DNA from: Candidatus Saccharimonadota bacterium
Lineage (GTDB): Bacteria > Patescibacteriota > Microgenomatia > UBA1406 > GWC2-37-13
Assembly: GCA_016699265.1 (NCBI GenBank)
Contig: CP064967.1
Location: 540,001 to 572,000 of the forward strand
Direction of reading: 5' to 3'
Length of the DNA stretch: 32,000 nucleotides
A program made the translations under genes and the position numbers. Shown one piece after another: positions 1-8,482 of the stretch (within the stretch, counting starts at the first letter, position 1; each line of letters begins with the position of its first letter). The notes beneath the pieces were generated by a model that saw only the letters and a program-made list of their open reading frames with translations, had not been told where the DNA came from and ran no database searches.

Positions 1-275
1 ATATCCATAGTACTTTTTCTGTCCAGATTTCGCAACTTATCTACATTTTTTCCTTTTATATATTCTGTCATCAATGAGGCCGCAGCAGTGGAAATTGCGC
101 AACCTTTCCCGACAAATGACACATGTTTAACCACGTCGTTTTTGACCTCTAAAAAAAGCGTAATGACATCTCCACAAAGGGGATTTTGAAGCGTGATATT
201 GTGCGTTGGGCTCTCAATTGGCCCGAAGTTTTGGGGATGGCGATAGTGTTCGAGTAGTTCTTCTGTATATAACAT
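1..275 (-). CDS. sufU: SufU/IscU-type Fe-S cluster scaffold, 5' part only (gene runs off the left edge)
   Basis: The minus-strand ATG at 275..273 opens MLYTEELLEHYRHPQNFGPIESPTHNITLQNPLCGDVITLFLEVKNDVVKHVSFVGKGCAISTAAASLMTEYIKGK... The NPLCGD and GKGCAIS cysteine motifs are typical of SufU/NifU-N. It is absent from the ORF track because no stop lies in the window. Confidence 0.8.
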   Translation of the reverse strand, partial: MLYTEELLEHYRHPQNFGPIESPTHNITLQNPLCGDVITLFLEVKNDVVKHVSFVGKGCAISTAAASLMTEYIKGKNVDKLRNLDRKSTMD

Positions 276-344
276 TATTATTTTAAAGCTATCAAGTTGA
301 CAAGTTCTAGGCTCTACGTTTCAAGATCGAAGTCATTATAACAA

Positions 345-1169
345 CTAGAAGACTAGGAACAAAGTGGCTACCAAAATCGTGCTTATGATCATGAAGTAAA
401 CGCTTGAAACCGATCCTGCCGCTGGCAAAGTTGGCTCAGCAGGAGCTGCTGTTGGTTCTAGTGTCGCGGACTGCGCAACGACCGTACCTGTTGGAGTTGG
501 TGTCGCACTTGGTCCTAGAGTTGGAGTCGCAGTTGGTCCCGGAGTAAGCGTCGCACTTGGTGCAGGTGTTGGCGTAGTAGTTGGACTTGGACTTGGAATT
601 GGCGTTGTGGTGATTGTAGGCGTTGGTGTTGGTGTTAGTGTTAGGGTTGGAATAGGCGTGATTGTAGGAGTAGGAGTTTGAGTTGGTGCGGTGGTTACTG
701 TCGGAGTAATATTTACATTGCAGGTATTTGTTCCTTTTGCCGCAGCGCTCGTACCACAGTCATTAACAGCCTTAACCGAACACTCATACGTATGTTCAAC
801 AATTGCAGTAAAGTTTACTGACCTTGCAGATGTTACTTGAGAAGAAACTACTGAGTTAGTGGTTTTGTCCGTAATTACGTAGCTGTACGATGTTGCCCCT
901 TCAACCGCATCCCACGCACATGAAGCTCCATTTACTGGACAACTCAAAGCATTTGCTGGTTGTTGAGTAGGTGTTATGCTGAGCGCTAAGTTAGCTGATC
1001 CTGTAGCGACCTCATTAGCTCGTGATTTGGTTGATATCTGTTGCGTTATGATCGTATAAAGACCAAGTCCAATTGATGCAAGTAATAGAAATGCAATAAG
1101 AAATATCAGAAAAACATTTCGTTTCTTCTTATCTTCCTGAGATGGTGAGACTACTAAGTTAGCTGTCAT
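345..1169 (-). CDS. Surface protein: N-terminal TM helix, FN3-like domain, long Pro/Thr linker, C-terminal LPAAG + hydrophobic tail (sortase-type sorting signal)
   Basis: 274-aa ORF. It has a KKKRN + hydrophobic helix at the N-terminus. The stretch CPVNGASCAWDAVEGATSYSYVITD...YECSVKAVNDCG looks like an FN3-type beta domain. A PT-rich low-complexity stretch of about 90 aa follows, and the protein ends ...TLPAAGSVSSVYFMIISTILVATLFLVF*. Confidence 0.75.
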   Translation of the reverse strand: MTANLVVSPSQEDKKKRNVFLIFLIAFLLLASIGLGLYTIITQQISTKSRANEVATGSANLALSITPTQQPANALSCPVNGASCAWDAVEGATSYSYVITDKTTNSVVSSQVTSARSVNFTAIVEHTYECSVKAVNDCGTSAAAKGTNTCNVNITPTVTTAPTQTPTPTITPIPTLTLTPTPTPTITTTPIPSPSPTTTPTPAPSATLTPGPTATPTLGPSATPTPTGTVVAQSATLEPTAAPAEPTLPAAGSVSSVYFMIISTILVATLFLVF

Positions 1170-1172
1170 AGA

Positions 1173-2072
1173 TTATTGTGCCGGACTTACTTGACTGCAT
1201 AGAGGACAATTTATACGAACATTTGCAGGGCTTGATGGCTGAATACACGCCGGAATTGTAGGAGTAGGCGTAGGTGGTTTAGGTGTTGGAGTGGGTGATA
1301 TTGGTGTTGGAGTAATCGTCGGTCTAGGAGATGGTGTTGGAGTTGAATTTGGACCTGGGGTGGGCGTTGGAAATGGTGTAGCGGTTGGTACGACAACGCA
1401 CATATTACACTGCGTATGTAAAGGGAACCATTTTCCATCGGTTCCACACTTCCAATTATATCCAGTCCAGTTAGAGTCGCCGTTACCACAAACAACTTGA
1501 CCAATTGTAGAGTTTAGTACTGGTCTACCATCACAGTAGAATCCCCCATCACAGGTTGTAACTGCAGGTGGCTTTGGATTAGAGGGTGGACAGCTATCAA
1601 ATGAGTAAAAACCTTGAGGTGAGCCGGGAACACCATTCTGGAGATCGAGCTGTTGAGTGAAACATCCATTACCGTCCTTAGGTCCATTACTTCCATCAGG
1701 GAGTATACATACGTTTGACTGTCCATTACTTGTTAGAGGGTTTAGTACGCTATTGTACTGCCAAGCACCAGTTGTACTATCCTGACATCCACTTGCGTAG
1801 TTTTCGATTTTACCTGGGCATTGATACCGCGCGGCATATTTAATCGTACTCAGCGCAGTAAAACACGAGCCGTTCCAACCATAGGTTTCCAAATAACGAC
1901 TTGCAGAAGTAGCTTTTGGTCGGAAATTGAATCCTTGTTGGACCATTACGTAACCTACACCTACACCGACTAAAGTAACAAAAAGTGTTATGAGGCTCAG
2001 TACCCTAAAAATAGAGCTCTTACTTTTTTTAGATTTATTACCTGATATTGGAGTGAAATTACTTGTACTCAT
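1173..2072 (-). CDS. Secreted or membrane-anchored Cys-rich protein with C-terminal Pro/Thr linker
   Basis: 299-aa ORF with an N-terminal KSKKSK + TM/signal-anchor helix. About 16 Cys residues are spread over a domain of about 170 aa. A PT-rich tail follows, and the stop lies 3 nt before the next ATG. I recognise no family. Confidence 0.7.
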   Translation of the reverse strand: MSTSNFTPISGNKSKKSKSSIFRVLSLITLFVTLVGVGVGYVMVQQGFNFRPKATSASRYLETYGWNGSCFTALSTIKYAARYQCPGKIENYASGCQDSTTGAWQYNSVLNPLTSNGQSNVCILPDGSNGPKDGNGCFTQQLDLQNGVPGSPQGFYSFDSCPPSNPKPPAVTTCDGGFYCDGRPVLNSTIGQVVCGNGDSNWTGYNWKCGTDGKWFPLHTQCNMCVVVPTATPFPTPTPGPNSTPTPSPRPTITPTPISPTPTPKPPTPTPTIPACIQPSSPANVRINCPLCSQVSPAQ

Positions 2073-2192
2073 CGTTGTAGATACTCTACCCTTTAAATGT
2101 AGCTAACTCTTAAACTAAATACAAGAGGATAACTTTAACTGAAAAGAATTTGTTGTTTGGTATGAAGTATTTAGTGCATTAATTGCTAAATG

Positions 2193-3434
2193 CTAGCTAA
2201 TAGATCCTAACATCTTATAGGCATGAAGTAATGTAGTTGCCACTTTTTCAATTTCTTCCTCGGTATTGTACGCATACAAACTAATGCGAGTGGTTCCGGT
2301 TAGTCCAAGTGATGTGTGTAGCTGCATTGCGCAGTGATGTCCTGCACGTACAGCCATGTTTCTGTCATTGAGAATCGAGGCGATATCGTGCGGATGAAGC
2401 CCTTCGATTGTGAAGGCGAGAATTCCTGCCTCAGGAATTTTAGGACCATAGAATGTTATTTTATCTCCTAGCTCTTTTTCCAGCTCTTCTTTATAAAGTT
2501 TTGCAAGTCTGAGTTCATGCTCATGAATATTTTGCAGCCCAACTGACGACAGATATCTGACGGCTGACGACAGACCTATCACCTCAGCAATCGCCGGAGT
2601 ACCAGCCTCAAACTTTTCAGGAACCTCAGCAAAGGTGGTACTCTCAAGCTTCACCTCTCGAATCATATCTCCACCAAACATAAACGGTTCCATCTTTTCA
2701 AGGAGTTCATGTTTACCCCACAGAACACCAACTCCGGTTGGACCCATCATCTTATGTCCAGAGAAAACGTAGAAGTCGCAACCGAGTTCTTTTACGTTAA
2801 TCTTGAGGTGTGGAACTGCCTGAGCTCCATCTACAATAACTATTATTTCTGGATTTATTTTCTTTGCAGCGGCAACAATATTTTTAATGGGATTTACCGT
2901 TCCCAAAACATTCGAAACATGAGTCAGAGCTAATATCTTCGTTTTCTTTGTGATAACTTGCTTAAGATTAATATTCGATTTATTAAAAATATCAAGATGA
3001 TAATCATCCCCAATCTCAATTATTTTGAAAGTTGCACCGGTATTCAAGCATAGTTGTTGCCAGGTAACAAAGTTTGAGTGATGCTCCATCATGGTCACCA
3101 CAACCTCATCATTTTTTCCGACAACATTGGTTCCGAGTGAGTACATGAGAAGATTGAGCGACTCAGACGCATTGCGTGTGAACACGACCTCATTTGTCTC
3201 TGCGCCAATAAACTTCGCTACCATTTCACGTGCCTTTTCGTATTCTTCAGTTGCTCGTTCAGAGATCGTGTAGATTCCCCGCTTAATGTTTGCAGAGTAC
3301 TCGGAGTAGTACTCTGTCATTGCATCAATTACGGACTGAGGCTTAAGAGAGGTGGCTCCTGAATCTAAATAGATTAAATCAGAATTCTTATTAAAAATTG
3401 GGAAGTCTTTTCTAACTTTGTTAGCGTCTAGCAT
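2193..3434 (-). CDS. sufS: Cysteine desulfurase SufS (class V aminotransferase, PLP-dependent)
   Basis: 413 aa. It shows MMEHHSNFVTWQ, the PLP-lysine motif FSGHKMMGPTGVGVLWG and the active-site loop RAGHHCAMQL. It lies in suf operon context. Confidence 0.95.
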   Translation of the reverse strand: MLDANKVRKDFPIFNKNSDLIYLDSGATSLKPQSVIDAMTEYYSEYSANIKRGIYTISERATEEYEKAREMVAKFIGAETNEVVFTRNASESLNLLMYSLGTNVVGKNDEVVVTMMEHHSNFVTWQQLCLNTGATFKIIEIGDDYHLDIFNKSNINLKQVITKKTKILALTHVSNVLGTVNPIKNIVAAAKKINPEIIVIVDGAQAVPHLKINVKELGCDFYVFSGHKMMGPTGVGVLWGKHELLEKMEPFMFGGDMIREVKLESTTFAEVPEKFEAGTPAIAEVIGLSSAVRYLSSVGLQNIHEHELRLAKLYKEELEKELGDKITFYGPKIPEAGILAFTIEGLHPHDIASILNDRNMAVRAGHHCAMQLHTSLGLTGTTRISLYAYNTEEEIEKVATTLLHAYKMLGSIS

Positions 3435-3439
3435 GGTTC

Positions 3440-3448
3440 ATTATACAG
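3440..3448 (-). promoter_or_regulatory. -10 element CTGTATAAT, 5 nt upstream of the sufS ATG (leaderless-type promoter)
   Basis: The minus strand reads CTGTATAAT-gaacc-ATG. There is no Shine-Dalgarno sequence between the hexamer and the start. Confidence 0.5.
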
Positions 3449-3503
3449 AAGTTAATTAGAGTAACTATTCACAAAATTCTATAAGACTTAGAATAAAGGC
3501 ATA

Positions 3504-3531
3504 TTGACAGTCTAATTAATAATACTATAAT
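3504..3531 (+). promoter_or_regulatory. Canonical sigma70-type promoter TTGACA-16 bp-TATAAT, 6 nt upstream of the ATG at 3538
   Basis: TTGACA lies at 3504-3509 and TATAAT at 3526-3531. The ATG at 3538 sits where the transcription start is expected, so the transcript would be leaderless. Confidence 0.65.
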
Positions 3532-3537
3532 ACCTCC

Positions 3538-4560
3538 ATGCCAGCAGAACAGTCAAAACCAGAAGCACCTATGTCACCTGTAGAAGCGGGTAAAGCGGTT
3601 TATGACTTACAACAAGATATATTCAGCGCTTTGTCTCGAAATCCAGCATATCAAGCCGCTCTCCACGACAGATTCGTTGGCTATATATCTCCTACATATG
3701 AGAATAGCGACATTCATCGGATCATATTTCCACTCTCTAATACTCTCAGAGTAGAAATCAATCACGATATTGAAGGAAGAGGTAAAGTTGGACAAAATGG
3801 GGTAAGTAGAGACATGACGGTTGTTCTAAGACACTACGAGGGTGATGCCATAGCAATGGTGGAAACCTTTATGTTAGAAACTTGGTACGAAACCGACGAT
3901 AATTATCCAAGAACTGTAAAGCGATATGTTGAAGGTGAAACCTCATATTTCGCAAATCAAGACAGTGTGATACATCGCGCAGCTGATCGACCTTCGCTCC
4001 AGACTGTCAGACAAAAACTTGCGCCTCTTTTAGGAGAAAAGAAACAAGATGAAGATCTCACTCCAGAACAACTTAGTGAAGAAGCCTTCAGACTTCAACA
4101 AGATTTGATCGATGGACTCAGACAAAAAGATCCGAATTTTGATAAAAAATATGGTGCAAATTTCGGAAGTCCGATTCCTGTAATGCCATCGGGTAAAGAA
4201 CGAGGAATATTTTGGATTGGCGACGCAATGGTAGAAATTCAATGTAACGTTATGACTCCTGACCAAACACGTGATCCCAATGAAAAAAGTAGATTTATGG
4301 TCGTGAATTTCTTTCGTCGAGTTGATGGACGTACCATAAGTGGGGACAGTCTCAACCTTGAGTCTACATATGATATCGATCCGACTGATCGTATCGTGGA
4401 TCGATTTCTTTCCGGTACTGCCGAGCATTGGTATGGAGCACTAGTCACCGATACTAATCCATTAACTTCGGCTGATGCTTTGCGGGCAGCTCGAGAAAAA
4501 CTATCACCTATTCTTGGTGAGACTGCTGACGAACAAACTCAAGAAACCCCTGTACGATAA
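3538..4560 (+). CDS. Hypothetical cytoplasmic protein built from two homologous modules of about 165 aa (internal tandem duplication)
   Basis: 340-aa ORF with no TM helix or signal peptide. The two halves align: DLQQDIFSALSRNP... with RLQQDLIDGLRQKDP..., and VRQKLAPLLGEKKQDE with AREKLSPILGETADEQ. It uses more Arg than Lys, unlike its neighbours. I recognise no family. Confidence 0.7.
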   Translation: MPAEQSKPEAPMSPVEAGKAVYDLQQDIFSALSRNPAYQAALHDRFVGYISPTYENSDIHRIIFPLSNTLRVEINHDIEGRGKVGQNGVSRDMTVVLRHYEGDAIAMVETFMLETWYETDDNYPRTVKRYVEGETSYFANQDSVIHRAADRPSLQTVRQKLAPLLGEKKQDEDLTPEQLSEEAFRLQQDLIDGLRQKDPNFDKKYGANFGSPIPVMPSGKERGIFWIGDAMVEIQCNVMTPDQTRDPNEKSRFMVVNFFRRVDGRTISGDSLNLESTYDIDPTDRIVDRFLSGTAEHWYGALVTDTNPLTSADALRAAREKLSPILGETADEQTQETPVR

Positions 4561-4595
4561 GCTTCTTCGCTTCTTCTCTATTACTCCCCGTGAGG

Positions 4596-5054
4596 TCATG
4601 TAATAAAGCTGATCCTCATTAATTTTCCGGTTGTTGACCCGTGAGTACAGAACACATCGTTTGCTTCGATCTCTAAGAAGGGTTCGGACTCGACAAAGAC
4701 CCCTTCAGACAAAATAAGGTTTTGGTTTTTCTGATACGCATGTGACTTCTGTGCCTTTTTATCGATCTTCACCAAGCCGGTGTAATGAAACTTCGAATCA
4801 TCGTCAAATACTCCCCTAATGAGGAGGTTTGATTTTGAGTTAGACGACTTGTGATGCTGAACCGTGTGAACTTTAAATTCCTCAGATTTCTTTCCATGGA
4901 ATAGTCCGTATATCTCCAGATCTACATTCTCTGCATTAATCTCAAACACAAAATTGCCCGATGTATTTTCCACAAAAGCAATGTATTTGCCAGGCCTACT
5001 CAACTTAATCACCGATTTTTTTGTTTTGTTTAGATCTATAAAATTAGCAGACAT
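4596..5054 (-). CDS. sufD: Short SufD-like (SufBD family) protein, with the C-terminus displaced by two apparent frameshifts; the real end is probably near 4508
   Basis: The 152-aa ORF ends ...ESEPFLEIEANDVFCTHGSTTGKL, then goes out of frame. The conserved continuation NEDQLYYMTSRG lies in the next frame, and (S)NREEAKKLIVQGFLEFVRQQSHQE* in the third frame down to the stop at 4508-4510. This parallels the SufB C-terminus in this window ([25 protein letters not shown]). Confidence 0.8.
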   Translation of the reverse strand: MSANFIDLNKTKKSVIKLSRPGKYIAFVENTSGNFVFEINAENVDLEIYGLFHGKKSEEFKVHTVQHHKSSNSKSNLLIRGVFDDDSKFHYTGLVKIDKKAQKSHAYQKNQNLILSEGVFVESEPFLEIEANDVFCTHGSTTGKLMRISFIT

Positions 5055-5136
5055 TTTTTAATTCTTAATTTTTAATTTTAATTTATTTTTAAAATTGAAA
5101 TTTAATACAAATTACAAAATACAAAATAAAAATTAC
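5055..5136 (-). repeat. AT-rich intergenic element, copy 1; an inverted copy lies at 8483-8565
   Basis: The reverse complement reads GTAATTTTTATTTTGTA(TTTTGTA)ATTTGTATTAAATT...AAAATTAAAAATTAAG. It shares an exact 17-mer (5120-5136 against 8483-8499) plus a following 14-mer with one mismatch with the second copy. Confidence 0.5.
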
Positions 5137-6530
5137 CCTACAGATCCCGTCATTTCCATATTTATAAGCCTGTTCAGTTCTACGGTGTACTCGAACGGTA
5201 TCTCGCGAGTTATTGGCTCAATAAATCCGTTTACTAAAAGTCCCTCCGCGTCGCCTTTGCTAAGACCCCTAGACATGAGATAAAATAATTTTTCTTCTCC
5301 CAGTTTCTCAACGGTCGCTTCGTGTTGAACCTCAACATCGCTTTCTTTAATCTTCATATAGGGATAGGTGTCGGATCGGGACTTCTCATCAAGAATTAAT
5401 GCATCGCAGGATACATATACTGAGGAATTTTTTGCGCCAGGTCTCACCATTACGAGTCCACGATACGATGTTCTTCCCCCATCCTTTGAGATGGACTTGG
5501 ACACAATTCTCGACTTCGTATTTGGTGCGAAATGAAACATTTTTGCTCCAGCATCTTGATGTTGATTTTTTCCAGCAAACGCAATCGACAAAACCTCTCC
5601 TCTTGCGCCATCTCCCATTAGATAACAAGACGGATACTTCATCGTAAGTTTGGATCCGATGTTGCAGTCGATCCATTCCATAAACCCATTCTCCTCAACT
5701 CTAGCACGTTTCGTTACTAAGTTATAAACGTTATTACTCCAGTTCTGAACGGTTGTGTAACGTACACGTGCATTCTTTTTTACAAAGATCTCAACGACAG
5801 CTGAGTGCAAAGAGTCAGAATTGGTCTTATAGATCGGGGCTGTGCATCCCTCAACATAATGGACGTAACTTCCCTCCTCTGCAATAATTAAGGTTCTCTC
5901 AAACTGTCCAATATTCTCTGCATTTATTCTGAAATAGGCCTGCAATGGAAGGGTAACCTTAACTCCTTTTGGAACATATACGAAAGATCCACCTGACCAG
6001 ACTGCCGAGTTTAGTGCCGCAAACTTATTGTCCTGTGATGGGATCAATGTTCCAAAATATTCCTTAAAAATTTTTGGGTATTTCTTAAGAGCACTATCGC
6101 AGTCCATAAAAATTACGCCAAGTTTGGTGAGTTCCTTATGCACGCTCTCATAGACCACCTCAGACTCATACTGTGCGGAGACTCCAGATAAATATTTCTT
6201 TTCCGCTTCTGGAATACCAATCGCATCATAGGTGTCCTTGATCTCCTTTGGTAGGTCTGCCCATGCGGTGGCTCGATCTTTGGTGGGGCGAATGTAATAG
6301 TAATAATCCTTGAAGTCGATTTTCGATAGGTCACCTCCCCAGTTCGGCATTTTCTTTTTATTGAAGATTTCAAGCGCCTTGAGACGGTACTCGGTCATCC
6401 ACTTCGGTTCTTTTTTCATTGTGGTCATCCCAAGAACAACGCTCTTTGAAAGACCTTTTTTAGCCTTGAAGAAGTTCTTCTCCGGTTTGGAGAAACCATA
6501 TTTGTAGTCGAAATCTAGCTTTGTGTCCAT
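5133..6530 (-). CDS. sufB: Fe-S cluster assembly protein SufB
   Basis: 465 aa with typical SufB length and C-terminal beta-helix motifs ([45 protein letters not shown]). It sits between sufC and sufD. Confidence 0.95.
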   Translation of the reverse strand: MDTKLDFDYKYGFSKPEKNFFKAKKGLSKSVVLGMTTMKKEPKWMTEYRLKALEIFNKKKMPNWGGDLSKIDFKDYYYYIRPTKDRATAWADLPKEIKDTYDAIGIPEAEKKYLSGVSAQYESEVVYESVHKELTKLGVIFMDCDSALKKYPKIFKEYFGTLIPSQDNKFAALNSAVWSGGSFVYVPKGVKVTLPLQAYFRINAENIGQFERTLIIAEEGSYVHYVEGCTAPIYKTNSDSLHSAVVEIFVKKNARVRYTTVQNWSNNVYNLVTKRARVEENGFMEWIDCNIGSKLTMKYPSCYLMGDGARGEVLSIAFAGKNQHQDAGAKMFHFAPNTKSRIVSKSISKDGGRTSYRGLVMVRPGAKNSSVYVSCDALILDEKSRSDTYPYMKIKESDVEVQHEATVEKLGEEKLFYLMSRGLSKGDAEGLLVNGFIEPITREIPFEYTVELNRLINMEMTGSVG

Positions 6531-6538
6531 AATGTTTC

Positions 6539-6556
6539 AAAGTCTATAAAGTCGAG
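6539..6556 (+). repeat. Two tandem 9-mers AAAGTCTAT AAAGTCGAG in the sufC-sufB spacer
   Basis: This is the same AAAGTC-N3 phasing as the triple repeat upstream of glyQS. 6542-6553 is the reverse complement of the 12-mer GACTTTATAGAC found at 17873-17884. Confidence 0.4.
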
Positions 6557-6596
6557 CCCATTATTGACCTTTCGGACCTTAAGAACTTTAAGGACC

Positions 6597-7298
6597 TTAT
6601 GACTTATATCCGGTCCTTTCGATTTGTTTAGCTAATGACGCTCCACCTGTTCTTACGAGCTTTCCATTGTTTAACACGAGAACCTCGTCTGGCTTTACAT
6701 ATTTTAGAATTCTGTTGTAGTGCGTAATGATGATGTACGTCTTATTTTTTTTATTTTTATTTAGAAAAGTACCTATAGTTTTCAGTGCATCGACATCAAC
6801 TCCCGTATCAACCTCGTCAAATATCTGCACCTGCTTATCTAGTATGGTCGCTTGTAGGACCTCTAATTTTTTCTTCTCCCCACCAGATGCATTCTCGTTT
6901 AACGATCTTCGAAGCAGTTCCTCCGAAAGGTGAAGTTCCTTGGCAGTGCTTAAAACCTTTCTGCGCAACTTAACCGGATCAATCGTTCCAGACAGTGCGA
7001 GCTGTAATAATTGAAATACTGTAACTCCGGATAAAGACAGCGGACTCTGAAATGATAGAAATATTCCTTTTTCTGCTCGTTTCTGCGCATCTAAATCTGT
7101 AATGTTCTCGCCATTGAGCGAAATCAATCCATTTAGTTCATACGTTGGATGAGCCATCAATGCATATGAGAGCGTAGACTTTCCTGATCCGTTTGGACCC
7201 ATTACCACATAGACCTTTCCCTTTTGAAAATCGAAGGAAAAGTTTTTGATGATTTTTTTCTCACCAACCGAAACAGATAGGTTTTTAAGTCGTAGCAT
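6597..7298 (-). CDS. sufC: Fe-S cluster assembly ATPase SufC
   Basis: 233 aa. Walker A is GPNGSGKST, the ABC signature is NENASGGEKKK and Walker B is QIFDEVDTGVD. It is the first gene of the suf operon. Confidence 0.95.
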   Translation of the reverse strand: MLRLKNLSVSVGEKKIIKNFSFDFQKGKVYVVMGPNGSGKSTLSYALMAHPTYELNGLISLNGENITDLDAQKRAEKGIFLSFQSPLSLSGVTVFQLLQLALSGTIDPVKLRRKVLSTAKELHLSEELLRRSLNENASGGEKKKLEVLQATILDKQVQIFDEVDTGVDVDALKTIGTFLNKNKKNKTYIIITHYNRILKYVKPDEVLVLNNGKLVRTGGASLAKQIERTGYKS

Positions 7299-7397
7299 TT
7301 ATTAAATTGGTGAATGCAATAATATTGCTTATTCGGCGTTATGCCGATCTCACTCAATTTCATTCAATTCTACCCGCTGGAAGCTGTATTATCAACC

Positions 7398-7423
7398 TAG
7401 ACCTCGTAGACCTACGAGGTCTA
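7398..7423 (-). terminator. Perfect 11-bp stem / 4-nt loop hairpin, 6 nt downstream of the tsaD stop
   Basis: TAGACCTCGTA-gacc-TACGAGGTCTA. No U-tract follows on the minus strand, so terminator function is uncertain. Confidence 0.35.
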
Positions 7424-7429
7424 CGGTGG

Positions 7430-8473
7430 CTATGACAATCGTAAACGAGGAATTCGATCTAGATCGTTAATATTTTCCACAAACATGTTCTTTTCGGCTT
7501 TGAACCCTGCAACTACTCCAATCATTGCGGCATTGTCGCCTGTTAGGTACTTAAAAGGTGGAAAGAGCATTCGGCCAGTACGACCTCGCAGGTCATACAG
7601 GCACGATCGGAGCCTTTTTCGTAAGTAATGATTCGCTATCACTCCACCACCACAGGCAATTCTCGAGCACCCTGTTTGCATTATTGCCTTTTTCAACTTC
7701 ATAAGAAGAGTATCGAACACAGCCTCTTGGAAGGAGCTTGTAAGATATTTAACGTTCTGCAGTTTCTCATTCTCGGTCATTTTTTGAACCTTGTAAAACA
7801 ATGCGGTTTTAAGTCCTGAAAATGAATAGTCGAGAGAATCGATCTTCTGCATAGGTCTAGGGAATTTATATCTATCTTCATTTTTCACCTCTGCGGACAG
7901 TCGCTCTATTACTCCTCCACCGGGATATCCAATGTTAAGAAGCAATCGGGCGCCTTTGTCGAGTGCTTCTCCTGCAGCATCGTCTAGCGTCTCACCTAAT
8001 ACCTCATACGTCAGGTGATCTTTCCATAAAATAATTTCCGTGTGTGCACCTGAGACCAGAAAACCTAGCATCGGAAACACAAACTCTCGTTTAGGATTTC
8101 CTTTACTATTTTGTACAAAACTAGAGTAGAGATGACCTTCCATATGGTTAACGGCAACAAGTTTTTTACTGAATTGCTTTGCGAGCTCCTTGGCTTTTAA
8201 AATTCCAACCTCGAGGGCGACTGCCAGACCGGGCCCTTGGGTAACCGCGATAGCATCAATTTCGTCCATGCTCATCTTGGCATTTGCCAAAGCTTCCTTA
8301 ACGACAAAATCTATTCGTTCCTGGTGCGCTCTTTTTGCGAGTGACGGAACGACGCCTCCCCACTGCTTATGAATTACAACCTGTGAATAAATCACGTTTG
8401 ACAATACTCGACGTCCCTCAGTAACAGCTACCGAGGTCTCATCACAGCTGGTGTCGATGGATAAAATGATCAT
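7430..8473 (-). CDS. tsaD: tRNA N6-adenosine threonylcarbamoyltransferase TsaD (Kae1/Gcp family)
   Basis: 347 aa with ILSIDTSCDETSVAV at the N-terminus, VNHMEGH metal-binding histidines and GGGVIANHYLR. Confidence 0.95.
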   Translation of the reverse strand: MIILSIDTSCDETSVAVTEGRRVLSNVIYSQVVIHKQWGGVVPSLAKRAHQERIDFVVKEALANAKMSMDEIDAIAVTQGPGLAVALEVGILKAKELAKQFSKKLVAVNHMEGHLYSSFVQNSKGNPKREFVFPMLGFLVSGAHTEIILWKDHLTYEVLGETLDDAAGEALDKGARLLLNIGYPGGGVIERLSAEVKNEDRYKFPRPMQKIDSLDYSFSGLKTALFYKVQKMTENEKLQNVKYLTSSFQEAVFDTLLMKLKKAIMQTGCSRIACGGGVIANHYLRKRLRSCLYDLRGRTGRMLFPPFKYLTGDNAAMIGVVAGFKAEKNMFVENINDLDRIPRLRLS

Positions 8474-8482
8474 GCGTATTTA

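Noticed and set aside
480-700. Imperfect tandem DNA repeats (GGTGTTGG / GTTGGAGTTGG) that could be read as a VNTR or satellite. Similar sequence occurs at 1255-1390.
   Set aside because: They are explained by the Pro/Thr linker coding sequence of the two surface proteins. They are not an independent repeat element.
1211-1726. Track ORFs 1211-1504 (-), 1291-1500 (+) and 1514-1726 (-), which overlap the Cys-rich/PT-rich gene. One has a Gly/Val-rich translation (GVGVG...).
   Set aside because: They are alternative-frame or antisense readings of the Pro/Thr-coding low-complexity DNA (ACN/CCN repeats read backwards give GGN/GTN). They have no independent start context and are fully nested in a longer, better-supported ORF.
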